Assembly: GCF_037042905.1 (NCBI RefSeq)
Contig: NC_087251.1
Span: forward strand, 48,300,001 to 48,364,000
DNA length: 64,000 bases
Direction of reading: 5' to 3'
From: Lytechinus pictus
Lineage: Eukaryota
The notes below the pieces were generated by a model that was not told the origin of the DNA, searched no databases, and saw only the letters and a program-made list of their open reading frames with translations. The translations under genes and the position numbers were made by a program. The number at the start of each line of letters is the position of its first letter. Position 1 is the stretch's first letter. Below, piece by piece: positions 1 through 12,954 of the stretch.

Positions 1-1715
1 TTTAAGGTATTAAAGTAAAATAAACTATAATTGTGTAATCATGATTATTAAGTAGAAAATATCTAGTTATTGTGGATCCAGGATTTTCGATGTGTGGGAA
101 GGGGGGGGGGGTGAGTGGGGTAAAAGTAGAGCACAAGGAGAGGGTGGGGTTATAAAAATCCCATTTAAACCGCTTTTAAAATGTGAACTGAGCGATAACA
201 CAAAGCGCATGGACATAACCCTTGGCCGTGGCGATTATCGCAGTGTGAATGGGTCACTTGTGAAGGGGAGGGGGGGGGGGGTAGGGTATCGTGAAATGCA
301 ACTCGTGGATAAGATACGATTTAAGGGTACTATGTGTTGGGCCCATGGTTACAGGGGCATTTATTTTTTTTCTCGATTTCGCCATCTCCCTTTCGTCTCC
401 CTTTAGTGTCTCCCTCGGCACGGGGGGGGGGGGGGGGGGGGGGGGGAGTGGAGAGGGGTACATTGTTCCTGGCTGGTCAAGCCTCATGAATTTATTCTGG
501 ATTGCCTCCAGTCATGATCGATACCCTTCTCGCTAATGAGAGTCTGTTCATTATCAAGTGGCTTCTGTAACGAAGAGGTTGGATTGAGTTATCTCGCGGT
601 TGGTGATAGCGCGCCAATTTTGGTGATGACCTGAATCATATAGTCCGGTCTGTTAGCGTCAAAAATGCCCTACTTGTGGACACGGTGGACAAAAGCATGA
701 TTTTTTCTCCAGACCTTTGTTTATGTATAAGAATTAAAAATGGGGTATGCTCCAAAAAATCTGGCTGCAGGAACATAGAAAAAATGGGTGAAAATGTCAG
801 AATTTATGAGTTTAGATTGGTCTGATATATAGACTAGCGGTAGTGCAAAACTCAATAGCAGTGCATTATTTTGCATTGGATTAGTTCTTAAATTCAGACC
901 CTTTTTGAACAGATCTTCTGTTTGTCCTCGCATCTCAATGCACCAAATATCTGAATGCAGATGCTAACCAAGCCCAAGGGTGGCGGTGGAGGGGGTTGAA
1001 TGTTGGTGTGTATGTACATATTTTGGTCTTGGGGTAAAGATGTGCAATACATATTTTGTGCATGTGTTGGAAATTGTGTTACCATGGTAACAGTGTATTA
1101 TGGCAAAAATAAGGTGAAAATCTTGCAGTTAGAACTACTTCTTCTGTTTTCATCCGATTCTCATGAAATTTGGCGCACACATTGGTCTTGAGGTGAAGAT
1201 GTCTAAGACACATATTTGTGTGTCTTTCAGAAATCTTGTTGCCATGGTAACAACATATCATTTGGTGAAAATTGGGAAAAAATTTTACAAATCAAACTGC
1301 TTCATCAGTTTTCTATCAATTCTCATGAAATTTGACACACACATTGGTATTGAAGTAAAGATGTACAAGGCACTTTTTGTGTGTGTTTCAGAAATTGTGT
1401 TGCCATGGGAACAACATATCATATGGCAAAATTTAGGTAAAAACCTTGCATTTGAACTACTTTATCAATTTTGTTTTTGTTTTGGACCAATTCTCATGAA
1501 ATAATTATGGCTCACACATTGGCCTTGAGGTAAAGATGTGCAAGAACCTTTTTTTTTTTTTTGCATTTGTCAGAGAGTGCATTGCCTTGGTAACCACATA
1601 TAGCCAGAAATATGGGAAAAACTCATTATGGATCAATTTACTTCTCAGTTTTCAGCCTGTGCTCATAAAAGTTGACACAAATATTCATTTTGTGTAAAGA
1701 TTCATATTCAGTGGT

Positions 1716-2032
1716 AAAAGGGAATCCAGCCTTGGTCATAATGTTGTGTGCATGGAAAAGGAGAAAAATAAGAATGGTTAAAGTTTGAAAGAAATCGGAC
1801 AAGCAAAATAAAGTATACAAATACTAGTATGTAGAATTCAAATTGGTAACTGGGTAAGTAAATTATGTCAAGGGGTGAGGCCGCAAGGACAACTTTTCCA
1901 ATGTTTACAACTTTTATATATTCACAACTTTCTTATGGTTTGTCCGATATTGTTCAAACTTTTACCTATAAACTTGTCTGATTTTTCATTTTCCTCTAAA
2001 ACAAGTGTTTATTTGGGTTGGATTCCCCTTTA
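1716..2032. mobile_element. MITE (Kolobok-like ends) inserted in the left arm of the foldback element
   Basis: AAAGGGAATCCAGCC ... GGTTGGATTCCCCTTT inverted ends; no counterpart in the right arm. Confidence 0.55.
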
Positions 2033-2197
2033 TAACGTCATATAATAGCGCAGGGTATTAATTACCTTCAATAATATTTATAGGTTCTTTTGGGGGGGGG
2101 GGCGGAGAAGGTCCTTAAAAACTGACAACATAAAAATATAGAGTGTTAAAGGCCATGACCATTAGGAACTTAAACACTCTTAAAAAAACACCCCCTT

Positions 2198-2233
<36 letters not shown>

Positions 2234-2844
2234 GGGGGGGGGGGGGGCTTTAGAAAATTGCCGCATAAAGAGTAAACGGAAATTATTACGACTAGGAACT
2301 TAACCCCCCCCCCAAAAAAAAAAGGGGGGAATCCTTTACACTTGAGCGTATTAATTTAAAGCCTAAAACATTCTGCTTTAAAAAAAAATGTTTCTGGTGT
2401 CCAATTAATCAATGTTTTATTTATCTTTTTCTACTCAGTCTTTGTTCATTTCAGTTCCTACTCTGACTGTCTTTCATCACTCTTTGCACTTTTGAGCTTT
2501 ACCATACCTTCTTGTTTTGTTTCCTCTCTTCCCCCCCTCTTTGTCTCCATTTCTAAGTACATTTTTCTTTGCTATTTTAATTCATTATTATCTAGCAACA
2601 ATTATTCCATTTTGAATGCTTACACCTACACCGAAATAATGACATTTATTTTTTTTTCTTCATAATCTTTTAAACTCCATTTTGGCTACACTCTGTCGAT
2701 ACTATTAGCAATATTTAATTTCTAGTTTAAAGAATTGAAGAGATGACTGTCATGATATTATATTTTGGTAAAGGTACATCAAATTCATATTAACAAGGTT
2801 GCAGCATTCAGAATGGAATAACTGTTGCTTGACAAAAATGGATG

Positions 2845-3137
2845 TAGGGGAGACCGGGGTTATAGTTGGAACATTTTTGACAAAAATGGCTGTAAAATCC
2901 AAATAGATTTTATTCGAGAAACAATCAATATATCAGCTTGAAGCATATATCTCAGGGCTTCAAATTTGTTTCTAACTTCACCAGGCTTGTTGCACATGTG
3001 TTGTCTGTAATATGGTGGATGGCTGTTGATAATGACAATAACTTGAGGGCAGTATTGCAGAAATTTATTTAAAGACGTTAAAGAAAATTACAATGTTTCA
3101 ACTTACCCCATGTTCCAACTAACCCCGGTCTCCCCTA
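2845..3137. mobile_element. MITE
   Basis: TAGGGGAGACCGGGGTTA..GTTGGAACA and TGTTCCAACTAACCCCGGTCTCCCCTA terminal inverted repeats. Confidence 0.75.
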
Positions 3138-3222
3138 CTTATTTTCCGAAAATCCTCTGTGAAAATGTTAGTTTTATATTATATCACTGAGTTTTCCTAT
3201 TCCTGCAGTTACCACCATCTGA

Positions 3223-3342
3223 AAGGGATATGACTAGAATATAATTATATGTGGAGAAATAAAAGTTTCTCTACATAATTATATAATTATAATTATATAA
3301 TATATATTATATGATAATAATTATATTCTAGTCATATCCCTT
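3223..3342. repeat. AT-rich hairpin with 26-bp perfect arms
   Basis: AAGGGATATGACTAGAATATAATTAT and ATAATTATATTCTAGTCATATCCCTT. Confidence 0.8.
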
Positions 3343-6300
3343 ATAAGTTTGTCTTTACTCCAATGGAAAATTATTTGCATTTGTTTTTATGACAGTCAGA
3401 GTTTGCATCCAACAATTTTGCTACTGAAACATAATATTCATTTTTTGACAATGGGAGATGTAGGATGTATAAAGCAGGGGCTATCACAGAAACATACTGA
3501 AAAATTTAAATGAAAGAACATATAAGGATAAAATATATTGTGCACATAAGTATATTTTTGATATGGTATGTTATTGAGTCATGGATTTGCAAGTGAATTT
3601 CTAAAACAAGTGCAGAGATTTTTGTATATATTTATATTTCTATAATTAGTTGCACGATTAAAGGTACACTTTAAAATATGTCAGAAAAAATATACTTGGA
3701 GAGAGAGAGGAAACAGAAGGAGATGGTATGGTGAAGCTCAAAATCAAGAGTGATGTGAAAGTTAAAAAGAAAGAGTAGAAATGGAATATGAATATGAATA
3801 AAAAACTGAGTAGGAGAATATAAATAAACAATGGTTAATTGGGTACCGTAAACATTTTTTTATCAAATGAGAATGCATTAAACTTCAAATGAATGGTCTG
3901 AAGTGCAAAGGACTCTTCTTACCTTTTAAGGGGGGGGGGGGCATTTTCTGCTCAAAAAATATATCAGCCCCCTATTTTTTCGGGGGGGGTGAAAAGTTCC
4001 TAGTCATAATCCTTTAACTTTAACTTTTAACTTTTATGAGGTCATTTTCTAAAGAGCCCCCCCCCCCAAAAAAAAAAAAAAAAGAGCAATGTCTAGCTTT
4101 AAAAATGCAAAGACACCTGAGGGGCAAAGGTGTAGGTAGACTGGTTTGAGCTTGGGGAGGTAGAACTAAAAGTGGTATGGGGAAGGGTGCACATCTTGGG
4201 GAGGTGGAACTAAGGTTTGGAAAATCAGCTGTTGAAAGTAGAAGGGGTACACATTTTGTTTTGCTTGCCAGTGTTGGAACTCCTCTGCCTCAGCGGAAGG
4301 TTTCACATTCACCCAGTGTACCTCCAGCCTATGCCCTTGAGGGGATGCATATTTTAAGAGTGTTTATCATGTGTATGTTTCTAATGGCCACCGCCTTTAA
4401 CCTTCTTTATTTCGATGTCAGATTTTAAGGACCAATCCCGCCCCTCCCCCTAAAACCTAGAAATATTAATGAAGGTGATTAGTACCCCCACACTCTGGCG
4501 TGAACATTTTAATGCAGAGAAGACATTTAGAATTTAATATGAATCTTTACCCCAAGATGAATATTTCTTCCAACTTGTAGTTTTATGAGCACTGACTAAA
4601 AACAGGGGAAGTAGTTTGATCCACAATGAGTTTTCCTGCATTTCTGGCAATCATATATGCCTACCCTGGCAATGCACTCTCTGACAAATGCAAAAAAACA
4701 AAAAACAGGTTCTTGCACATCTTTACCCCAAGGCCAATGTGTGAGCCAAATTTCACGAGAATTGGTTCAAAACTGATGAAGTAGTTCAAATTGCAAGTTT
4801 TTAACCTAAATTTTGCCATATGATATGTTGTTACCATGGCAACACAATTTCTGAAACACACACAAAAAGTGCCTTGTACATCTTTACTTCAATACCAATG
4901 TGTATGCCAAATTTCATGAGAATTGATTGAAAACTGATGAAGCAGTTTGAATTGTAAATTTTTTTCCCCAATTTTCACCGTATAATGTGTTGTTACCATG
5001 GCAACAAGATTTCAGAAAGACACACAAAAATGTGTCTTAGACATCTTCACCTCAAGACCAATGTGTGTGCCAAATTTCATGAGAATCGGTTAAAAACAGA
5101 GGAAGTAGTTCTAACTGCAAGATTTTTACCTTATTTTTGCCATAATACACTGTTACCATGGCAACACCATTTCCAACACATGCAAAAAATGTGTCTTGCA
5201 CATCTTTACCCCAAGACCAAAATATGTACATACACACCAACATTCAACCCCCTCCACCGCCACCCTTGGGCTTGGTTAGCATCTGCATTCAGATATTTGG
5301 TGCATTGAGATGCGAGGACAAACAGAAGATCTGTTCAAAAAGGGTCTGAATTTAAGAACTAATCCAATGCAAAATAATGCACTGCTATTGAGTTTTGCAC
5401 TAGCGCTAGTCTATATATCAGACCAATCTAAACTCATAAATTCTGACATTTTCACCCATTTTTTCTCTGTTCCTGCAGCCAGATTTTTTGGAGCATACCC
5501 CATTATCAATTCTTATACATAAACAAAGGTCTGGAGAAAAAATCACGCTTTTGTCCACCGTGTCCACATAATTTCGCTAACAGACCAGACTAATAAATGA
5601 AGTGGCGGGTTCATTGGCTTCTCTCTGTAATACCCTGTTGCACCCACAAATGTAATAACGCCCACAAATGTAATAACGCCCACAAATGTAATAACACTTT
5701 ACCCACAAATGTAATAACGCCCACAAATGTAATAACACTTTACCCACAAATGTAATAATTTCACCCACAAATGTAATAATGCACTTTACCCACAAATGTA
5801 ATAATTTTTGATCGCCCACAAATGTAATAATGACTTTACCCACAAATGTAATAAATTTGAAGGGATTTTTGGCGAATCCGTTCTAAACTAAAATCCTATA
5901 GTAATGCGTTCATATAGCACAAAAGTGCAAAGTGTTTTTTCCAGACGTTAATTAAACATCATAGTACAAGTCCAAAGTCTTTTTCCAGACCCGGTTGTTT
6001 CAAAATTATAATATACGTCCAAAGTCTTTTTTTCCAGACCCGGTTAATTCCAAATTTATAATGCAAGTTAAAAGTCTTTTTTTTCAGACCCGGTTGATTC
6101 AAAAATTATAATGCAAGTCCAAAGTCTTTTTTTCAGACCCGGTTGTTTCAAAAATGATAATATACGTCCAAAGTCTTTTTTTCAGACCCTGTTGTTTCAA
6201 AAATTATAATGCAAGTCCAAAGTCTTTTTTTCAGAACCGGTTAATTCCAAAATTATAATGCAAGTCCAAAGTCTTTTTTCCAGACCCGGTTGTTTAAAAA

Positions 6301-6823
6301 AAATTAATATAAGTCCAGAGTCTTTTTCCAGACCCGATTATTTCAAAAATTATAATATATATATATATATATTGTGAATATATGCGCTAAGAGTAAATTG
6401 AGAATCAAGCGTAGTCTTTTCTCCAGACCCGGTTACTTAAAACTAAAAAATAAACCCTATAGCAATGCGTTCATATAGCACAAAAGTGCAAAGTCTTTTT
6501 TCCAGACCCGGATAATTAAACAACTACAATATTAGTCCAAAGTCTTTTTCCAGACCCGGTTGTTTAAAAAATTATAATATAAGTCCAGTCTTTTTTCCAG
6601 ACCCGGTTGTTAAAAAAATTATAATATAAGTCCAAAGTCTTTTTCCAGACCCGGTTATTTCACAAATTATAATATAAGTCCAAAGTCTTTTTTCCAGACC
6701 CGGTTATTTCAAAAATTATAATATAAGTCAAAACTAAGATACGATAATGATATTCCAGTGGAAAAAAAGAGAATCGAGCTTAGTCTTTTCTCCAGACCCA
6801 GTTAATCAAAACTGGCGGAATTA

Positions 6824-8158
6824 ATGTCTTTGTTGTTGTTTCAACTTATACGGCGTATTGGCAATAATACATCAGCATATAGCAATATACAAATGGGTGT
6901 ACCTCTGGGATCTAATCTAGGCCCATTATTATTTTTATTGTATATAAATGACTTGCCAAGTGTTAGCAGTATTTTATCATTTATTCTCTTTGCTGACGAC
7001 ACAACAATATTTTTATCTGGTAATGATCCTTTTAATATGAATTTTATATTAAATACTGAAATAGCCAAAATTCAACGATGGTTTCTTGCCAATAAACTTT
7101 TTATTAATTTCGAAAAAACAAATTATGTTATTTTTAAAACACATAATAAACATATTGATAACAGTGCAATACGAATAACAATTGCCAATAAAGCAATAAA
7201 GCAGGTTAATCAAGTAAAATTCTTAGGAGTAATTCTTGATGAAAATATGACATGGAAATATCATATAGATTACATTTGTAAAAAGATTTCTAGAGTAATT
7301 GGAGTATTGAACAGAGTCAAAAAAGTTTTACCATTAAGCATCCTTGTAAATATATATAATACCTTGATCTTGCCACATTTGAACTATTGTCTGATTATCT
7401 GGGGTGGCTGTGCATCATATTTATTCCAAAGGATATATGTGATTCAAAAACGTGCAATAAGGGTAATAACAAATTCCTTTTTTAGAGCTCATACACAGAT
7501 TTTATTTTTTAAGCTAAAACTTTTAAAGCTAAATGAACTTTATGATTCGCAAATTATTTTATTTATGTACAAATATTTCAATTTAAATTCTATTTTTCCA
7601 TCTTGTTTTAATACTTATTTTATATTTAATAGCAGTATAAATAATTATGTAACGAGAAATTCAAACAAATTATATATACCGTTCTTTCGTTATACGCTTT
7701 CTAAATCTACAATTCGTTATAAAGGACCAAACTTGTGGAATAATTTACCCGATACTTTAAAATTATCTGTTACATTCTCATCATTGAAACGTAGATTGAA
7801 ACAAAACCAACTGTCTGCTTATAGTTAATAATTCCAACTGCCTATCTGAGGGGGGGGGGGGGGGTTGATTCGATGTGTTCGTGTCTGTTTTGTTTGTTTG
7901 TTTTTTTGGCCACTATTCTATTTGTGTTTTTAATCGTACCATAATGTAGTAATCAAGGGAGTCGGCTTTGACAGGTCAATGGCCTTTCCGACTTCCTACA
8001 TCCGCTACATTTTATTTTCATTTCTTTTATATTTTGACAATTTTTTATCGCTTATACTGTGATTTAAATTATTGTACTCCTTTGTTGTTGTATACTTGTA
8101 CATATGTTTTTAAAGGATGTCAAATAAAATGAATTGAATTGAATTGAATTGAATTGAA
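6824..8158 (+). mobile_element. 5'-truncated CR1/L2-group LINE: RT C-terminal half (ORF 6824-7828), 3' UTR and (GAATT)n tail
   Basis: Peptide motifs GVPLGSNLGPLLFLLYINDL, LFADDT, KFLGVILD, YNTLILPHLNYC..WG and QKRAIR. AATAAA is followed by GAATT repeats at ~8125-8158. Confidence 0.92.
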
Positions 8159-9246
8159 TATTGTGAATATATGCACTAAGAGTAAATTGAGAATCAAGCG
8201 TAGTCTTTTCTCCAGACCCGGTTACTTAAAACTAAAAAATAAACCCTATAGCAATGCGTTCATATAGCACCAAAGTGCAAAGTCTTTTTTCCAGACCCGG
8301 ATAATTAAACAATTACAATATGAGTCCAAAGTCTTTCCTCCAGACCCGGCTATTAAAAAATGAATTAAAAAACTTCAAATCTATAACCAATTTTCCAAAG
8401 TTTCACCCCGTAAAAAAAATATGTCTTTACCCCACACCCATTAAAAAAAAAATAATACTACGACCCCTACAAAACATTGTAATAATGCATGGGTAAAGCA
8501 AACATCCTTTCTCCAGACTTGGTTATTATTTGAAAAAAATAAAGTAGTTTTTACAAATATTCTAAAACGAATACCCAATAATCTAATTATTGTGATATAA
8601 CATGAAGACCGATTGTCGAAGATCGACTTTCCTCCAGACACAATTATTTCAAGAATAAAAAATCAATAAAACCCAACCCCCAAAACGAATCTTAGAACCA
8701 ACAATCCTCCAAATTAAGACCATGCATGTAGAAAAGCACATGTTTAGAGCGTTGTCTTTATTCCAGACCCAGTAATTTAAAAATGATTTAAACAATCTTA
8801 AAAGATAATAAGAATATGACTTTGTCATATTCTTATTCTTGTGGAATAACACGAGTATTATGCTTAGTCTTTCGTCTAGACCCGGTTATTTAAAAGATAA
8901 ATAAATATTGAAAAAAAATCACAGCTAAGACCAATCTTCAAAATTAAACCAACTTAAAATGCTTGGGCTTAGAGTGTTGTGTTTACCCCTCACCCAGTTC
9001 TCTTTAAAATACAAATTAAGCGAAACATTAATCTTAAAACTTAGACCCCAGCATCTTCCAAACTATAAACCCTTGTGATAACGCATACTTAATTTGACCA
9101 GACCAGTTTGTTAAAAAAAAAACAGGAAAAAAAAATTAACCCTCTTCCAGCCTAACATCCTATAATAAATGATCCAATTAAACATTCATTTTTTCTTCCA
9201 GGCAAAGAAATTTATAATAAAAAAACAACATCAAAACTTAGAGCCC

Positions 9247-9380
9247 GGGGAGCATTTCATGAAAAGAGTTGTCTGACGTTTAATCCGACACTGGTAGCAC
9301 TGCTTCTTAGCCAATCAACATCAAGAACAGTTGTCAGATCTGACAACTTGTCGGACATAAATGTTGATGAAATACTCCCC
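9247..9380. mobile_element. Short MITE near the centre of the foldback element
   Basis: GGGGAGCATTTCAT ... ATGAAATACTCCCC inverted ends. Confidence 0.6.
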
Positions 9381-12263
9381 CAATCATCTTATTCATGTTG
9401 AACAGGCACAAGAATATGATTGAGTCTTAGTCATGAGGATTTCATTTATCTTATTTTTTAAATGACAAGGTCTGGAATAAAGAAAACTCTCTAAACTTTT
9501 ATTTATTGAAGGTTCTTAGTTTGAAGGATAGTTGGGCCTTAGATTCTGTTATTCTTTTTTTAATGATTTTGAAATAATTGGGTCTGGAGGAAAGACTACA
9601 CCATATTTCCATGTTATTCAATGATGATAAGATTGCAGGGTCTTTGTTTTGTTGATGTTGTGTTTTAAATGACTTTTATAACTGGGTCTGGAGGAAAGAC
9701 TACGTTATATTTCCATGTTTTCAACATATAGGGGATCGTGTGTCTTTGTTTGCTTTTTTATTATTACTAATTTATTATCATTATTATTCATTTTTTATTT
9801 GAAAGGTCTGGGTCTGGAGGAAAGACTACGCTATATTTTCATGTTATTCAACATAAATAGGATCGTGGGTCTTTGTTTGCTTTTTTTATTATTATGAATT
9901 TATTATTATTATTCATTTGTTATTTGAAAGATCTGGGTCTGGAGGAAAGACTACGCTATATTTCCATGTTATTCAACATAAATAGGATCGTGGGTCGTTG
10001 TTTGCTTTTTTATTATTAATAATTTATTATTATTATTATTCATTTGTTATTTGAAAGATCTGGGTCTGGATGAAAGACTACGCTATATTTCCATGTTATT
10101 TAACATTTACAAAAGAGTTGGGGTCTTTGTTACATTTCCACCAGTTTCAATTGACTGGGTCTGGAGAAAAGACTGAGCTCGATTCTCATTTTATTCAACT
10201 AGAATATCATTATCTTAGTTTGGACTTATAATAATTTTGAAACTACCAGGTCTGGAAAAAAGACTTTGGACGTATAGTATAATTTTTGAAACAACCGGGT
10301 CTGGAAAAAAGACTTTGGACTTATATTCTAATGTTTGAAATAACCGGGTCTGGAAAAAAGACTTTGGGATTGTACTATAATGTTTTATTAACCGGGTCCG
10401 GAAAAAAGACTTTGGACTTACATTATAATTTTTTAAACAACCGGGTCTGGAAAAAAGACTTTGGACTTGCATTATAATTTTTAATTAACCGGTTCTGGAA
10501 AAAAGACTTTGGACGTATATTATAATTTTTTAAACAACCGGGTCTGGAAAAAAGACTTTGGATTTATATTCTAATGTTTGAAACGACCGGGTCTGAAAAA
10601 AAAACTTTGGACTTGCATTACAATTTTTTAAACAACCGGGTCTGGAAAAAAGACTTTGGACGTATATTATAATTTTTGAAACAACAGGGTCTGGAAAAAA
10701 TACTTTGGACGTATATTATAATTTTTGAATTAACCGGGTCTGGAAAAAAGACTTTGGACTTGCATTATAATTTTTGAATTAACCGGGTCTGGACAAAATA
10801 CTTTGGACGTATATCATAATTTTTTAAACAACCGGGTCTAGAAAAAATACTTTGGATTTATATTCTAATGTTTGAAACGACCGAGTCTGAAAAAAAGACT
10901 TTGGACTTGCATTATAATTTTTGAAACAAGCGGGTCTGGAAAAAAGACTTTGGACGTTTATTACAATTTTTGAAACAACCGGGTCTGAAAAAAAGACTTT
11001 GGACATATATTATAATTTTTGAATTAACCGGGTCTGGAAAAAAGACTTTGGACGTATATTATAATTTTTGAAACAAGTGGGTCTGTAAAAAAAGACTTTG
11101 AACTTGCGTTATAATTTTTTAATTAACCGGGTCTGGAAAAAAGACTTTGGACATATATCATAATTTTTTAAACAACCGGGTCTGGAAAAAAGACTTTGGA
11201 CTTGCATTATAATTGTTAAATTAACCGGGTCTGGAAAAAAGACTTTGGACGTATATTATAATTTTGAAACAACCGGGTCTGGAAATAGACTTTGGAATTG
11301 TACTATAATGTTTTATTAACCAGGTCTGGAAAAAAGACTTTGCACTTTTGTGCTATATGAACGCATTACTATAGGATTTTAGTTTAGAACAGATTCGCCA
11401 AAAATCCCTTCAAATTTATTACATTTGTGGGTAAAGTCATTATTACATTTGTGGGCGATCAAAAATTATTACATTTGTGGGTAAAGTGCATTATTACATT
11501 TGTGGGTGAAATTATTACATTTGTGGGTAAAGTGTTATTACATTTGTGGGCGTTATTACATTTGTGGGTAAAGTGTTATTACATTTGTGGGCGTTATTAC
11601 ATTTGTGGGCGATTATTACATTTGTGGGTGTAACATACCCCCATCTCACTAGATGGCGATTCCACTGCGATCGTCAAAAATCGACAAAGCGTGGTATAAC
11701 GTAGCTTGATCGTGCCTTGATCTTTTCAATCTTCTCCGTCGTACCTTGATCTTTTCTGAAGCGGCAAGGATCGCCACCATCTTTATGGTCGCCACAAAAT
11801 TTTGAACATGTTCAAAACTTACGTAGCGAGATCGCGGAGGTGCTAAAGCGCATCACAATCGAGTCATGAGCGTATTACAAACGACATATTCGTAGCTGTA
11901 ACGGAGCCCCAACGCATAAAGCGTAGTATAAGCGCATTAAAAGCGGCACCGATCGCCCGTGGTTTTCAGGCCCGTTTCCAAGACAATTCTGCTACGCTGC
12001 TTCCGTTTACAAGGCGACTGCCTTGCGCTCGACACGCTTCACACATCTTCCACCACGACGCTTCCTTCTTTGGGTGACATGTGGCCCATGTGGCACACGT
12101 TCTCAGCCCGCTACAGGCGTTCGCGTTGCGCTTTTGCTGCGCCGCTGATGACTGGGCAGCGATTGGGCAACAACCGTCCGCGCTGCTATAAAACGCCGTG
12201 CCGATGGTGGCGGATTATCATATTTGCAACAGATTACGAGGCGATACCACGGCGTTTTCAAAC

Positions 12264-12500
12264 ATACCTCCCAGAAAAAGGACCAGAAAAGGGAAAGCTG
12301 CCCAAGCTACCCCTCTTAGGCCGGCGGTCGAAGGGGAAGAACAAGGGGTTATGGTGGTGGTAGAGGAGGAGGAGGTAGAGGAGGAAGAGGAGGGGGTACA
12401 GGAGGAGGATGAAAATCTTACTGCTGAGCCAGCTGGAAAGAGAAAAAAGACGCTCATATGTCTTGATGACGAAATGGGTTACCTCTGCAGAAATAAATAA
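12264..12500 (+). pseudogene. 5' remnant of the probable Harbinger accessory (Myb/MADF-type) gene
   Basis: Probable mutated start (ATA) followed by PPRKRTRKGK, an acidic tract and KRKKTLICLDDE. TATA-like CTATAAAA at ~12186. Assignment is inferred from position and composition. Confidence 0.45.
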
Positions 12501-12654
12501 ATTGATTATGTTTTGAAAATAAATTGAATTCTAACCACAGTAACAGAAGACAACATCAAATTTTGTTAATGATTCGATCACTAATGTATTGATTGGGAAA
12601 GGCAATCATTAGGGCGATTCTGACATTGTGCCCCCCTCCCCCTTCCTTTTTATG

Positions 12655-12954
12655 AGTGCTCTCACATCAGTAGACTACTTCTTGTCAGCAAATTTGAAAG
12701 GAATTTAACAAATATTTTTGAGTGACAAACTTTGTGAAATTCTGGATGCATCCCTCATATTAATTATTAGGCTCAGCATCGACATCTTTTGAATGAAATT
12801 TTAAAAATATTGTATATTATGACTTAGGTGACAGCCAGGATCGGACCCTGTATCTTTTTGGCCTCCTCCTTCTCCTGTCCTCGCATTCAACTTTTAACTG
12901 ATGTGTTTTTAGAATGCCAAGATGTATAAGTCCAACCAAATTCTGGACATCCAT
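12655..12954 (-). pseudogene. N-terminal remnant of a Harbinger transposase
   Basis: From ATG at 12954: MDVQNLVGLIHLGILKTHQLKVECEDRRRRRPKRYRVRSWLSPKS*, resembling the RRRR.WVRPWL N-terminus of Harbinger transposases. A frameshifted MRMHPEF-like remnant lies near 12740-12760. Confidence 0.6.

Larger units (their letters stand above)
641..5592. mobile_element. Non-autonomous foldback DNA transposon, Academ-like, with ~1.9 kb inverted arms and no coding capacity
   Basis: Termini TAGTCCGGTCTGTTAGCG (641) and CGCTAACAGACCAGACTA (5592), with a 3-bp flanking duplication ATA (638-640, 5593-5595). 675-1700 is the reverse complement of ~4535-5568; the ORF track shows mirror-image peptides at 721..933(-) and 5310..5522(+). 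Weaker inverted similarity continues at 2050-2530 vs 3700-4490. TAG..CTA ends with a 3-bp TSD and long TIRs fit Academ (inference). Confidence 0.8.
5636..11635. mobile_element. Modular foldback DNA element with TGT..ACA termini and 5-bp TSD (Ginger2/TDD-like ends)
   Basis: Starts TGTTGCACCCACAAATGTAATAA and ends TTATTACATTTGTGGGTGTAACA; TACCC is duplicated at 5631-5635 and 11636-11640. Outer arrays of CCCACAAATGTAATAA (5643-5855, inverted 11415-11630). Inner ~54-bp arrays GTCCAAAGTCTTTTTTCCAGACCCGG.. (5930-6730, inverted 10220-11340). Confidence 0.85.

Noticed and set aside
92..536. Gly/Pro-rich ORFs and G-quadruplex-like G tracts
   Set aside because: Poly-G runs recur throughout the window inside small repeats; the ORFs are their low-complexity translations.
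5636..11635. CRISPR-like appearance of regularly spaced repeats
   Set aside because: The intervening sequences are themselves repetitive rather than unique spacers, the arrays are mirrored as transposon arms, no cas genes are present, and the context is eukaryotic.
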